From: Felis catus
Lineage: Eukaryota
Assembly (NCBI RefSeq): GCF_018350175.1
Contig: NC_058368.1
Span: 81,718,001-81,782,000 of the forward strand
Length of the DNA: 64,000 nucleotides
Direction of reading: 5' to 3'
Below are positions 37,249 to 50,068 of the stretch, piece after piece. How positions within the stretch are numbered: the stretch's first letter is position 1; each line of letters begins with the position of its first letter. Below the pieces are notes generated by a model. That model saw only the letters and a program-made list of their open reading frames with translations, had not been told where the DNA came from and did no database searches. The position numbers were made by a program, and so were the translations under genes.

Positions 37249-38559
37249 TTTTGTTTTTATTTCTAATCTGCAAACTAAAGTAGTGACTGAGCAGAGAGTA
37301 GGTTTTCCGTGCCTGGTCAGTTGCCTCGCCGTCCCATGGGTCCCACCTTTGCAGGTAGAACATCCAAACGTTGGCTTGTTGCATGAAAAGCAAATGTACC
37401 AACGTGGCCAGTGTGACCAGATACTTGAATACTTCTCTCTGTGATTTCCTGTTCGTGACTTTGTAGTTTCAGAGTGGACCGAGTATGAATGTGCCTCTTT
37501 GCAGTGACGCTGCGTGTTTGCTGACCGCAAACCGCCCCTGTGCCCTGCACGTGTCACTGTGTGCGTGTTGTCCACGTGGCAGCGTCTCAGAGCATCCGTG
37601 TCGTAGGACGGGCTTCCTCCTGAGCTGGAGCTCCGAGATTGAGCATTATCTTAGATGTGCCTCAATTTCTAGAAAATAGTTTAAGTAGTACTGGCCACTA
37701 ACGCCACTGAGCTAGGAGGCCCGGCTGGGTCGGGAGGAAGGCTGTTCATTCGTTCCGTCTTCTTCCTTCCAGGAAGGATTTCAAGTAGCTTACTGGAATT
37801 AAAAAAAAAAAGAATCAGTGGGGAGCTACAGACAGTGGGATGAGCTCTTTTCTGAGGTGTGCACAAAACAAGTGTATTAATTTGGAAATGTGAATTAAAT
37901 GTGGGCGGTTTCTAGCATGTTAAAATCATGCATTTGAGTACACAGGTTTCCTTGACAAATCATTGGAAATATGTTTTGAGAACCTGTGCCCTGATGGTGT
38001 GCACCAACAGAGGAGACACCAGCAGTAAACAAATAAATTATTAAGACGACCTCGTAGACAACACCAAGTGCTGGCAAGGGTGCGGAGCGGTTGGGGCTCT
38101 GACGTTCACGCTGCTGGTGGGACCTCCAGCTGGGGGCCCCTCCGACAGCTGCTTGGCCATATCTAGTGAATTAGGTGCATCTGGAAACCACGCAAACATT
38201 GGTCTGCAGTAGACAAAAATAATAGATCACGGGATGTTCGGGCAATGGCAGAGTCCCGTGAAATAGAATGAGCCAATAGGCATGAGTCTCACAGGGCTGG
38301 TGTTAAGGCAGAGCCGCTCGACAGAAGGTCTGTATTCTACGATCCCATTTATGAAGCTCCAACCAGACACAGAGGTCACGACGAAGATCCCCTGATGGGC
38401 GTGGTGGGAGGGCCTTCTCAGGGCACAGGTGAGGGTCTGTTTCTTGAGCCGGACCTGGGCACCCTGGGGAGGACTGAGCTGCACACCTGGGACAGTCACT
38501 TGTCAGTGGAATGTTCACTGAGATGCAGAGTAAGTCGTGTGGGTGTCGATATCATGGAG

Positions 38560-38880
38560 GAACCTCCAGTGGGGGTGGGAGGTGGGGAATGATGGGCTTC
38601 GGGTGGGGGAGCAGTTTCACACAGAGTGGTGAGGCCTAGGGCCTGAGGAGGGGAGGGAAGGTTGTCCAGGAGCAGGATGGTGCATGCAAAGGCCCTGAGG
38701 TGGGTGCCTTGGGGAAGGCAGAGGGCTGGGGCAGTGAGCAACCAGGAGCCACGGGCAGGGAGGTCAGGTGGGTGAGTGGGAGCCCCGTGTACCTTTTACT
38801 CTGAGCAGAAGGGAAACCATGGAGGATGTTGGGAGAGCTATGAAACGCGCCATCTTGTAAAAGGTCACTCTGGTCGGTGT
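38560..38880. mobile_element. Probable L2 LINE fragment
   Basis: L2-like motifs gtgcatgcaaaggccctgaggtggg and ccttttactctgagcagaagggaaaccatggaggatgtt. Confidence 0.55.
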
Positions 38881-39304
38881 CATGAATAACGGCAGGGGTC
38901 AGGTGAAAGCCGTTCCTTCAGGGCTGAATTAAACTGTGGGTGTGACCAGCTGTGCTCTGGTGTCCCCCACCCAGGGCTCCCCGTGCTCCCGAGCGTGTCC
39001 TCCGCCCCGGGGCTGGCTCACTGTACTGCCAGCCAGTGTGGCTTTTGGCAGGACCTTCCCAAGATTGGCCACGTGCCACTGTAGAATGAGCCACAGAGTT
39101 CTCCCTGCCATCTGTTCGTTCCCACTGCTACCTGGACCCCATGCCGTCCGCACTCTCGGGAGCCCTCAGAGGCTTCCAGCACTTTCTGCAGCACCGTGCT
39201 TAGGCGTTTGTGACTGAGAGTGTTAGCAGCCAGGAAAGGCATTCTGTCTCTGTTCCCTGAATATGGAGCACACTCCTGCAGCCTTTGTCTTGTGCCTAAG
39301 CGGG

Positions 39305-39530
39305 CATGATGGACGTGAGAATAGGGCTGCAGACGTGATGGACGCGAGAACAGGGGTGCGGACGCGATGAGAACAGGGGTGCGGACGTGATGAGAACAGG
39401 GGTGCAGACGTGATGAGAACAGGGGTGCGGACGTGATGAGAACGGGTGCAAAAGTGATGGATGTGAGAACAGGGGTGTGGACGTGATGAGAACAGGGGTG
39501 CGGACATGATGGACACGAGAACGGGTGCAG
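39305..39530. repeat. Minisatellite, about 9 copies of a 23 bp unit (some 29 bp variants), GACGTGATGAGAACAGGGGTGCG
   Basis: Units read directly in 39305-39530. Confidence 0.95.
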
Positions 39531-39949
39531 AAGAGGTGACCGTGGCCTGTCTCCTGCAGGTGTTGGTAAGAAAGTTCCCAGAGACGAGGCAGGAGGCTAG
39601 CTCCATGGCGGCCTATCCTTGTCCTGGGAGCTAGTTCCCAGTACCCGAGAGGGTGTGTGCCACGGACTGGGAGCCCTGATGCGGCAGGAAGGGTAGGAAC
39701 GGCATTGAGGTCAGTGGCAGGTGTGGGAGCTGGCTCCACTCTGGACGAGGCTGCGTGTTCCCACCACTGGGGCCGCAGCTGTGGGGCCCGTGTGCCCTGG
39801 TGTGAACACGGGGCACGCGTGAGAACAGGGACAGCAGCGGAAGCTACACACACCTGCCATGCGTCCAGTGCACTTGGTATTTTCAACCCTGTCCTCCCTG
39901 TTTGCTGTTGAGGTTATTCTGAAACAGCAGCATTGAAATGCTAAGATGC

Positions 39950-40155
39950 GGGGCGCCTGGTGGGATCAACCGGTTGAGTGTCCGATTCTGGATCTCAGCT
40001 CAGGACATGATCACAGAGTCATGAGGTCGAGCCCCACGTTGGGCTCAGCGCTCAGTGTGGAGCCTGTTTGGGATCCTCTCTCCCTCTCTCTCTGCCCCTC
40101 CACGCTTGTGCACCTGTGCTTGCTCTCTCTAAAATTAAAAAGTAAATAAATAAAA
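39950..40155 (+). mobile_element. Can-SINE
   Basis: GGGGCGCCTGG head, CT tract, A-rich tail. Confidence 0.9.
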
Positions 40156-40444
40156 TGTAGGGTGCAGCACTCCCTGCGTGTTGTGTGTGAATGTGATCAG
40201 AGACGGAAGGAATTTGGGAAGGTGAAAATCGCGTTTGTCCGTGTGGTGTTGTGGCTCGCTGCCTGTCTTAGTCAGACTTCTTATAATTTTATTCCCTTCA
40301 CAAGAGTAAGTTGGGAACAAAGTGGTGAAAGGTCATGTCTTTTGTGTCTCTAGGAGCATAGCCGGCAGGAAGGGCTGTGGGGCCAGATTTTTGCTCAAAG
40401 AAGCTTAAAATTTTCCATATGCTTCAGTTTATTTTTCAAGAGTA

Positions 40445-40475
40445 TAATAATAATAATAATGATAATAATAATAAT
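40445..40475. repeat. (AAT)n microsatellite
   Basis: ataataataataataatgataataataataa. Confidence 0.9.
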
Positions 40476-41042
40476 TACTAAAACCCTAGGAAGTCGGGGT
40501 GGGAGCTAGTGCAGGGCCGTGAACAGCACCCCCATTAACGAGCGGCAGCCTGTGACAGCGACGCTGGCCAGGTGTCCATGACCCTGAAGGCCACACTCTT
40601 GGGATTTTATGAGCACATTTTATTTCTTATCGTGGAAAAGCAAGTTTGCAGTTAAGTACACCAGAATACATTTGAGTTTGGATAACATGAGATAAAACCA
40701 CCCTTAATAGGATCCTGTCTCGAGTCGCCACTGGCCTTGGGCAGAAGTGTCCGTGAGGTGAAGGCTGTTAGGGACCTTTCAGAAGGAGCTTTGGGAATGA
40801 AGCCCGTCCAGGCTCTAGAAGCGACCTCCACCAAGTGGCTCTGCATATGCGGCAGGCGCACTTCCCCGGGGTCGCGGTCATGGTGCCACCGTGGCCTCCT
40901 GGCCCCTCGTGTCCTGCAGTGTGGCTGTCTGTCCCTGCCTGGCTCGGAGGCGCAGGCAGTGTGGTTTGTAGGAAAGACCGCTGCTTTATCTGGGAGGCGC
41001 TTCCTGGGGAGGCGCTTACTAGGCGCTTACAGGACTGTAGAG

Positions 41043-41333
41043 TTTATTTCAAGAGAGAGAGAGCACGCGTGTGAGTGGAACAGAGGAGCACAGAGGGAGA
41101 GAGACAGAATTTTTTCTTTTTTGAGTTTATTTATTTTTGAGAGAGAGAGAGCAGAGGGACTTACACACATGCACCCATGTGGCTGGGGGAGGGGCAGGGA
41201 GAGAGAGAGAGACTTAAACAGGCTGCACCCTCAGCACAGAGCCCGACGCAGGGCTCGATCCCACGACCCTGGGATCACGACCTGAGCCGAAATCAAGAGT
41301 CAGACGCTTCACCGACTGAGCCGCCAGGCGCCC
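41043..41333 (-). mobile_element. Can-SINE with a second tail module (double-tailed or nested)
   Basis: Complete reverse SINE at about 41110-41333 with an extra GA-tract/tail segment at 41043-41109. Confidence 0.88.
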
Positions 41334-44300
41334 AAGGATGAAATTTAACGCTGATGCATTTTCTAAAGTTTGTGGCTGTTGGAGAAGCAAATAAGGAAAA
41401 GAAGCTGGTTTGATTGATGCCTTGCATGGGAATTTGTCTGGGTCAGTTGTTTTTGAGAATCTAAAGCCCAAACAACTGTGTGTGCACAGGACTTAACAGT
41501 TCTGGGGTACGAGGTCGGGGAGGAGGGTCGGGAGCCTCGTCTGAGGGCAGCTGGCCGGGTGCAGCTCTGGGATGACAGAAACAGCTGGTGGTGGAGGGCA
41601 GTGGGAGTGGCTGGGGTGCAGCCTCCTCCCAGGACTTCAGGAGTGGGTGTCCGTGTGCCCTCAGGGTGGGTGCTGACAGCACTGTAGGCGGGTTCTCTCC
41701 TGATTGCGTCCCTCTGCTCCCAGCCACAACAAGTCAGGTCACTGTGAGAACCGAGGGCCCCAGTCTCACCCCAACCCTCATCCACCAGCCTCCTGCACAG
41801 GGGTGGGTGCCCTGGGAGCATCCAGCCGGGGTGGGGAGACCCTGCTCCCAGCTGCCTGTGCCCCCAGGTGCTCCTCATCCTTCCTCCTGGTGACCCCAGC
41901 AGAGGCCGTGTATGGGGGGGGGGGGTCCCTGCAGTGTCGCCTGGACATTTTCTCCATCGCCCAGGTCGTGCTCAGGGTCCTGTCCACCAGAAGGCTGCCT
42001 CAGGCTGAGGGCGATGTCTGGGCTTTGACAGGTTACCAACCAGCTGAGCCTCTGGTCCCACTGACTCTTCCCGGGGCGCGGGGGAGAGGACCCTTCCCTG
42101 AAAAGTCGCTCCCAGCTGTCCAGGGAGTATGGGCGCCTGGTGTGTTCCATGTGCACACAGGCCCGCGCCCTGGGGTCAAGCGGTGGCCGTGTTGGGTAGA
42201 CGACATCGGTACCTGTTTAGACGCTAGAGAATCAAACTGAGAAAAGAAAAATAGAAAATGTGCTTGAATGTGTAAAAATGATGCTAATTACAATACTTTT
42301 TGTAAAGCCTGTTATTTGCACCAAGTATCCGTGGACGTAACAACAGCTCCCTTTCTTATGAAGTACCAGATGTGCTTTATTTTTTCTGGCATATTCCACG
42401 TGTGGAGACAGGCCTCCCTGCCATGACCCTGCCGTCCCTGCCATGTGGCTGGGTCTCTGCGGCTGGAGGGCATGTTCTCAGCCAGGCCATCACCCTCACA
42501 AGGAACTCTTCTGGACTTTGACCCTTGAGAATGTTGTGTCTTTGTGGCTGAAGGATGTGGGTTTTTCCAACCCTTTATTGCACCTGCCGGGGCGGGCAAG
42601 GACCTCACTCAGGAGCTGACCGGACAGCTTGCCAGCTCTTCTGGATTCTCTGCCTCGAGCCACACAGCCTGCTGCAGCCTGTGGGGCCTTACAGGTGTAG
42701 AACGGTCACCCTGGCTCCTGCAGGGGGCTCAGGGGCACAGGGCAGTGCCTGTGGTGACCTCAACCCTCGGCCGCGTGCTCAGCGTGGCGAAGCACGTGGA
42801 GTTCGTGGGGAGCCCGCCTCCATGGAGCAGTGCGGGGAGACCGTGTGGTGGCAAGTGTTGTCGGGACGCAGAGTGCACCCGCCCACCGAGCCCATCTGCA
42901 GCTGCCACAGCCGCCTTCCAGCCGAGGACCCCGGCAGACGGGCTTTTGCTAACGTGCTGGGTTTAAGGAGAAAACAAGTAGCGGTTTATGGACTGTGGTC
43001 TCAGTGTGTCTCCCCCCGGAGTTTAAAAATACGGCCACCATCCTGATGTGGGGGGATCCGGAAGGTGTGATTTGAGCGCTTGGTCTCGGTGTTGACTTCC
43101 TCTGCTTTTCTCTGAATGGCGGTTCCAGGGATGGTTTTTGTTCAGTTTGTCCCGGTTTTAAAGGACTTGGTGAGCCCTGCTTGGACACAGTTCCCGAGTA
43201 GGACAGTGATCAGGGTTAATGGCTTGTGGACCCACAGCCCGCCACGCTGGGAAGGCCACCGAGCTGCACTCACATCTCGGTGCGGCCCGTTTGTCCACAC
43301 GCTTTCCCAAGGACGACGCTTCCTCGTCCCGCTGGGCAAGGTGCAGGGTGCCCTATGAGGGACATGACCACTACATTGAGGAAGATGTCGGGAACCTCTC
43401 ACATTTAAATCACCGATCTGTGAGCACAGGAGTCACAGTGTCTTTTCAGGGTGAACGCACAGCTCTGTGCACCCGCTGTGCATGCGCCTGATCTGCTAAA
43501 TCTCCTTAAGTGGATTCCAGCGGATGGAATCCGCCTTGGCCTAGTGTAGAGTCTAGATTAAAATGCCTTAAAATAGGCAAAATTATGTCTGAAAAATCAC
43601 CCTAAATTGTAGTATTTCAAACCATGTGAAAGGGAGGTGGCTTAAAACAGTCACTGTGGTAGGTTGTCAGGTGGTAACGTGGCAGGTTTAGTCGAGAAGT
43701 GGTTAGGACCGCGGGGACGGCAGCCACACTGTCTCCTTCCTGTCCCCTTCACCTCCAGTTCCACCTTGCCTGGTGGCCAAGCACCATGTGGGTTGGTGTG
43801 TGCACAGGCCATGCTGACAGTTTGCTCAGCTGTGAAGGTAGCGTTCTGGGCAGAGGTGGGGTGATCAGGTGGGCAGAAGCCTGCAGGGTCCGTGGACCCA
43901 CAGGTGGACCATGTGTCTAACGTCCAGGAGGCTGGCGCATGACCATGGGGGCGGGAACGGGTCCCTGGGACACGGCGGCATCTCACCTTCTTTCCTCCGG
44001 AACCATGTGCCCTGGGGCCGTGACCACCTCTGTGGATCCTTCGGGACTGTGGCTGCCCCATGTGGACACGCTGGTTGTGAACCCAGAGCAGATCCATTGT
44101 ACTCTGTAGGGTCCTTCCTTCCTCTGTAACCAAGATGAAGGAGGTCACAAAAGCGAGCTTTTATGTAGCACTGGCCCTGGCCAGCTTCTGCCGGTCTTCA
44201 GGCGATCTGTGTCCGTGGTGGCAGCACCTCTGACAGCCCACCCTCTGCACCCAGTGTCCCACGTCCTCCGACACTCGTGATTTCCTAGTGTTGGATAGTG

Positions 44301-45055
44301 GCACCCTGCCGGCTGTGCCGTGACGTGTCCCTGCAGTTTTCTCTGCCTTTCCCCCAGGGGTTAGTGACGTTGGGCATCTTTTTGTGGGCTCGCCGATCGT
44401 TTGTATGTTGTCTTGGTGAAACATCCATTCGGGTCCTTTGCCGAGTCTCAGCTGGGATCTTTATTTCTGTGTTGGGTCGGACTGGTGTTTTTTACCAGCA
44501 TCTGAGTGGGACTGATGTGCTGCAGATGTGGGTCTGTGAGACACGCCCAGCACGCAAAACATTGTGGCGGGAGACGGCAGGAAGCGGGGTCACCGCTGTG
44601 TGAGCTGACCCTGGTGACCCGGAGATGTCTAGCAAACAGGTGTTCAGCTCAGAGTCAGGGTGTGGGAATATTGGAATCATCAGGGGGCAAGGGAAACGAG
44701 TCTTGACTCTTGGGTCCCGATTAAGGGCCGGTAGGACAGTGGACGTGGAGAGTGATGGTGGCAGAGACCCCTGTCCGCAGGCTGTAGACACCAGGAGACG
44801 CCCATCCGGCCTCTGGGGGCTCTGAGCCCTTGACCGGCAGGGATTCACTCCATTCAGCATGTGGGCCGGTTATGCCAAGACTCTGCCAAATAGTTTTTCT
44901 GGCAGTGTTTCAAAGAAACAATGCTTTTCTTAGAGAGTGCATTATGAGAACATTTCACAGCTCCTTTGTAGCCTTTTGGAAAAAATACAAAACAATAAAG
45001 GACGTAGGATTGTCTGCAAAAAAGCAAGGTTGAGACCATGGAAGGGATGGGGTGA

Positions 45056-45386
45056 ATTTTTTCTCTGTAATGTTTTTTTTGTATATTAAATCTAATTTAT
45101 TGGCAAATTGGTTTCCGTACAACACCCAGCGCTCATCCCGACAGGTGACTCCTCAATGCCCATCACCCGCCCTCCCCTCCCCCCACCCCCCATCAACCCT
45201 CAGTTTGTTCTCAGTATTTAAGAGTCTCTTATGGTTTGCTGCCCTCCCTCTCTAACTTTTTGTCCCTCTTCCCCTCCCCCATTGTCTTCTGCTAAGTTTC
45301 TCAAGATCCACATGAGTGTAAACATATGGCATCTGTCTCTCTGCCTGACTTATTTCACTTAGCATAACACCCTCCAGTTCCATCCC
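45056..45386 (-). mobile_element. Carnivore L1 3' end (5'-truncated)
   Basis: T-rich tail, then caaattggtttcc...caacacccagcgctcatccc...catcaaccctcagtttgttctcagtatttaagagtctcttatggtttg...tgacttatttcacttagcataa, matching the recalled carnivore L1 3' UTR. Confidence 0.85.
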
Positions 45387-45586
45387 CGCACAGGCAGAGG
45401 CATCATGGAATCCCAGACCGAGATGGGTGTTTATCCCCTTTTAATTTTGATGATCACATGGTGGAGGTATTTATTCTGAGAAGTTATCATAAATGTGGCT
45501 GCAGGTTTTAAATTATGGGAGTCTATGCCTCTTTTTCTTAGTCTGAATTAGTAGTTGTGTGGCCAGCTACAGATATGTAAAAAAAA

Positions 45587-45794
45587 TTTTTTTTTAAAGT
45601 TTATGTATTTTGAGAGAGAGAAAAAGAGTGTGCACACATGAGGGGCACAGAGAGAGGGACAGAGAGAATCACAAGCAGGCCCCACACTGTCAGCACAAGG
45701 CCCCACGTGGGGCTCGAACTCCCGGACCGTGAGATCATGACTGGAGCGAAAGTCAAGGGTCTGACGCTTAACCGACTGAACCTCCCAGGCACCC
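45587..45794 (-). mobile_element. Can-SINE
   Basis: Reverse copy; flanking direct repeat tgtaaaaaaa. Confidence 0.92.
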
Positions 45795-46249
45795 TGTAAA
45801 AAAATGTTTTAAAGCCATGTTATCAGGCAGAAAATGCTGCTTACAGGTACCTTCTGTGTTTGCATCATTAAAACATCATATGTGCTCAGCTCTAATGGCC
45901 AGAAGAGCTTCAGAATCAGGCTGGCGTCTTTTTAACACCTTAAATTTGTCAATTTTACACCGAAGTGTGCTTCAACGCATGTTGCATCTCAGTGCACAGA
46001 GGGAGTGCGTTTGCACCGGCTCCTGGGCAGCAGCCGCGGGTGAGGCCCTGGGAAGAAGCTGATGCCTGGTCCCCAGCTCCTGGAAGTCCCCGTGGTGTGT
46101 TGCATGGGAAGCTGTTGCCGTGGCCCCACCAGCTCCTGTCCTGTCCTCAGCCCAGTAGTACCAGTAGTGACAGCAGGCTGCAGTGTGTGACCCCTGGCCT
46201 CAGCTCGGTTTCCAATGTCATGCTTCTGTTAAAAAATGGAAACTTACAC

Positions 46250-46525
46250 TTTTTTTTTCTTTGAGAGAGAGAAAGGGAGAGAGAGAGAGCGCGTGAGAAT
46301 CCCAGGAAGGACAGGGGGGCAGGGGGAGAGAGAGAGAGAATCCCAGGAGGGGCAGGGGGTGGGGGGAGAGAGAGAGCGAGAATCCCAGGAGGGAGGAGCA
46401 GGGGGGTGGGGGGAGAGAGAGAGAGGGAAGCAGGGCTCACCCGAAGTGGGGCTCGAGCTCACAAACTGTGAGATCATAACCAAAGTCAAAGTCAGATGCG
46501 TAACAACCGAGCCACCCAGGTGCCC
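46250..46525 (-). mobile_element. Can-SINE with internally triplicated purine-rich module
   Basis: Reverse SINE tail and head surround three copies of gagaatcccagga...gggg...gagagaga. Confidence 0.88.
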
Positions 46526-47643
46526 TGTACGTTTTCAATCCTGCATGGAGGGAGCTGCAAAACATTTACTATCAAGCGTATCACGCATACAAAAGACAGT
46601 ATATAAGGTGCATGTGGAGTTTAAGGTCAGTAACAGCACAAAAAACCCAGCTTAATAAATAATCACCAAAACTTTCTGCTCCTCCTGCCCTTCTCCTACT
46701 GTAGCATTCTTAATAACAGTTATTCAAAAAATATTTTGTCATTGAGTAACTAGTTCTTAAACTCACAGTGTTCACATAAAGTGTACCCAACGTTGCTTAA
46801 AGGCTTAATGAATTTTTCATGGAAAGAGTTGCGATTTGTTGAGAAAGTATGAGCTCCACAGATGAAAACGGGTTGGGGAGATTCACAGAAGTCAGGAAGG
46901 AAAGAGGAGGTACAGACGTGCTTTGGGGAAGACCCTGAACCTGGATGCTAGTGTGGAAACCTGGGACTTAGCTTCTGGGAGGGTGGACACTTGGCCAGGT
47001 GGGAAGGGGAGGGTCTCTGTCCCTTCCCTGTGCAGGGACAGTGGCCGCCCCCCTGAACTCATCAGTACTGCAGTCTGCTTAGCTGACTCATGTTTTGTGG
47101 ACGGGTTTTCCTGCCTCCGGTTTGGAGCAGGGAGGGGAGGAAGCCGCCTGTTGGGACCGACCTCTGCTCACATTTGTGCGGCTTTACTAAACCCTCTTTT
47201 GGGAGGTGGATTATTATTACTTACTGTCCTATACAACTCCCACTGGGAGGGCGGCCTCTGGGGGCCCGTCTCCACGACAGCTCTCTGCACCGGCAGCACT
47301 TTGGTCCCATTCCCAGGGGGACTAAGGCATCTGAACGAGAAAGCCACCTTCGGGAGGCCCATCCAGGAGCAGGGGTTCCGGGTCCCCATCCCACTGTGAC
47401 GGGCACTTTCCTGTGTATTCATATCTGCACACACATGTGATGCCGTGAAGTGTCCCAATAACTGTGCCTCCAGACTGCAGATCTCTGGGCCCCTGGGGTG
47501 CCTCACACTCCTAAGGGCCTGTTTCCCTTTCCATGTCCCGAGGCTGTTCACATCCTGGGAAATTTAGGGCATGGTGCTTTCTGCAGGGCATTTTACTGGG
47601 AGCCCTGTGTCTAATCCTGTCCAGAAAGGTCTGCCTCCTTCTG

Positions 47644-48145
47644 AGGGTTCATGGTCATGGTAGAGGGTTCATGGTTGTAGTAGGGGTTCATGGTCCTGGT
47701 ATGGGGTTCATGGTCGTGGTAGGGGGTTCATGGTCGTAGGGGGTCATGGTTGTGGTAGGGGTTCAGGGTCCTGGTATGGGGTTCATGGTTGTAGGGGTCA
47801 TGGTCATGGTAGGGGGTTCATGGTCATGATAGGGAGTTCACGGTCCTGGCATGGGGTTCATGGTCGTGGTAGGAGTTCACGGTCCTGATATGGGGTTCAT
47901 GGTTGTAGGGGGTCATGGTTGTGGTAGGGGTTCACAGTCCTGGTATGGGGTTCGTGGTCATGGTAGGGGGTTCATGGTCATGGTAGGGGGTTCATGGTCA
48001 GTGTAGGGGGTTTATGGTCGTGGTATGGGGTTCATGGTTCTGTTATGGGGTTCATGGGTGTGGTAGGGAGTTCACGGTCCTGGTATGGGGTTCATGGTCG
48101 TAGGGGGTCATGGTCGTGGTAGGGGTTCATGGTCCTGGTATGGGG
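47644..48145. repeat. G-rich minisatellite, about 26 units of 16-21 bp, GGGGTTCATGGTC(G/C/A)TGGTA(G/T)
   Basis: Units read directly. Confidence 0.96.
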
Positions 48146-48506
48146 TGGGGGGTCCCTGAGTCTTGGCAGCAAGGCCGCACACCCACAGGCCTCCTTTCCT
48201 CTAGGGAGTCAGGTGTGCGGCTCCGGGGAAGGCAGCTTTTCCTGGCTTTCCATGCAGGCTCCCCGTAGCCAGTGTAGTGGAAGGCGATTGCTTAGGGCCT
48301 GGATTTATGTGCAGGGGCAGCGCAGACTCCGTTGGTTTTCTGTGATGTCTGTGTTCGAGCCGGTGCCCTGTGCGCTGGTCTTTACATGGAACAGTACAAA
48401 TGAGAAAAAATGTGGGAAAGTCTGAAAATGGAGAGGATGCATCAGGAGCAAGGCTGTTTCTGTTTTTGTAGCCCAGGGAGTCTCCACTGCTTTCATTTAC
48501 TCAACA

Positions 48507-48606
48507 GGTCCCCCGTGGGGCGCCCGCTGGGTCTGCTGCACGTGGCTGGAGGGTCCCCTGTGGGCCGTCCGCCAGGTCTGCTGTGCGTGGCTGGAGGGTC
48601 CTCTGT
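48507..48606. repeat. 45 bp tandem repeat, about 2.2 copies
   Basis: ggtcc recurs at 48507, 48552 and 48597, with ggtctgctg..cgtggctggag in each full unit. Confidence 0.85.
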
Positions 48607-49624
48607 GCAGGGGGTGGCCTTGTTGTTGCTGAAGCGTCTGTGTGGTCTGTGTGGCTGGAAGGGGGGTGAGGGGCCACGTGCCCTGCCGTGGAGCCCACGT
48701 GTGGGAGGCTGCCCCCCACATCTGTCGCCTCTCCTCTCCCACCTCCACACCTCTGCAGCCACAGACACCTCTGCATGACGGTCATGGATTTCAGGGTGAG
48801 GACATTAACGGGCAATTGTAGTTGGAGGCGTTCTGTCCATGCAAACTTGCCTTCTAAATAGAAAATACCATGTGTTTCTACTAAACAAAATTCACTAAAA
48901 CAGCCTGGAAAAATGGTAGAATGCCAACAATTTACTTTCCGTCGCAGATGACCGCAGTGTGCCTTTGCCGTCCTGAAATTGCTGAGGAGAAAGTATGTGG
49001 TCGTTGGGGTGACCCCTGACACGGCTCTCCCGGCCAGAGTTCACCAGCAAGGCTGGGGCACATGCACCTGCCGCCCAACGGCTCCCTGGGACACCCTGCT
49101 TGCGTCCCAGCTGGGCCACCCAGCTGCAGTGCTTCCTCTGGGCCACATCAGGACTCGTGGACAGTGGCTTCTGGGTCACAGATGGTCTGAGGAGTACAGT
49201 TTGGTGGAACCAGTGATTTAATGCCCTCAGCACTTTATCTGCGTCACAGTTAACTCACTTGTGGACACTGGTGTGGACATAGGCAGTGCTGGCCAGCTGT
49301 GAAGGGCGGATGCCGTCGTGGTGGGTACGGGGAGCGGCCGGCCCGCGGTGTGGGGTGTCCTCCAGCAAACCCCTCCCTGTGCTGTGTGACAACCAGGAGG
49401 CTGACTGATTAGTGCAGACGCCCCAGGAACCGTAATCAGGAGACTGAGCTGCCGCGGGTCCCGGCACCTCTGGAGGCAGAAGTGCTCGAGGATCAAGGAC
49501 TTGTTTGTTCGTGCGGTGAAACTTTTGAACCAAATTTTGGCAAATAAGTGTGGGAGTGGGATTATTTTACTAGGTGAGCATGTAGAGCACATGGTCTGTC
49601 ATCTGAAAGTTTTCGTAGAACTCA

Positions 49625-49787
49625 CCTGATTTCTCCCCCAAGGGGCATGTGGCGCTCCGGGCATAAGACTTGGGGCATCCCCTGGTGTCCAGTGGGCAGA
49701 GGCCGGGTGCCACCAGCTTCCCGTCATGTGCAGGACGCCCCACAACCGAGGTGGCCTGGCCGAGGTGTCTGTGGTGCTGAGGTGAAC
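49625..49787. mobile_element. MER20-like DNA transposon remnant
   Basis: gatttctcccccaaggggcatgtggc...ctggtgtccagtgggcagaggcc...tgcaggacgccccacaac...gtgctgaggtgaa. Confidence 0.6.
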
Positions 49788-49840
49788 ATGCCTGGTTCAA
49801 CATTATGCTCCTCATAGAACACTTCTGAGATTTTGAAGTC

Positions 49841-50054
49841 TTTTTTTTTTTTTAATGTTTATTTATTTTCGAGAGAGACAGAGACAGAATGCAAGTGGGT
49901 TGGGGCGGAAAGAGAAGGAGACACAGAATCTGAAACAGGCTCCAGGCTCTGAGCTGTCAGCACAGAGCCGGATGCAGGGCTCGAACTCACGAGCTGGAGA
50001 TCATGACCCGAGCTGAAGTCAGATGCTCAACCGACTGAGCCACCCAGGCGCCCC
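49841..50054 (-). mobile_element. Can-SINE
   Basis: Full reverse copy ending gagccacccaggcgcccc; short direct repeat aagtc. Confidence 0.94.
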
Positions 50055-50068
50055 AAAGTCATTTTTAG

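Noticed and set aside
47644..48145. Interstitial telomeric repeat
   Set aside because: There is no tandem TTAGGG; the unit is a 16-21 bp minisatellite.
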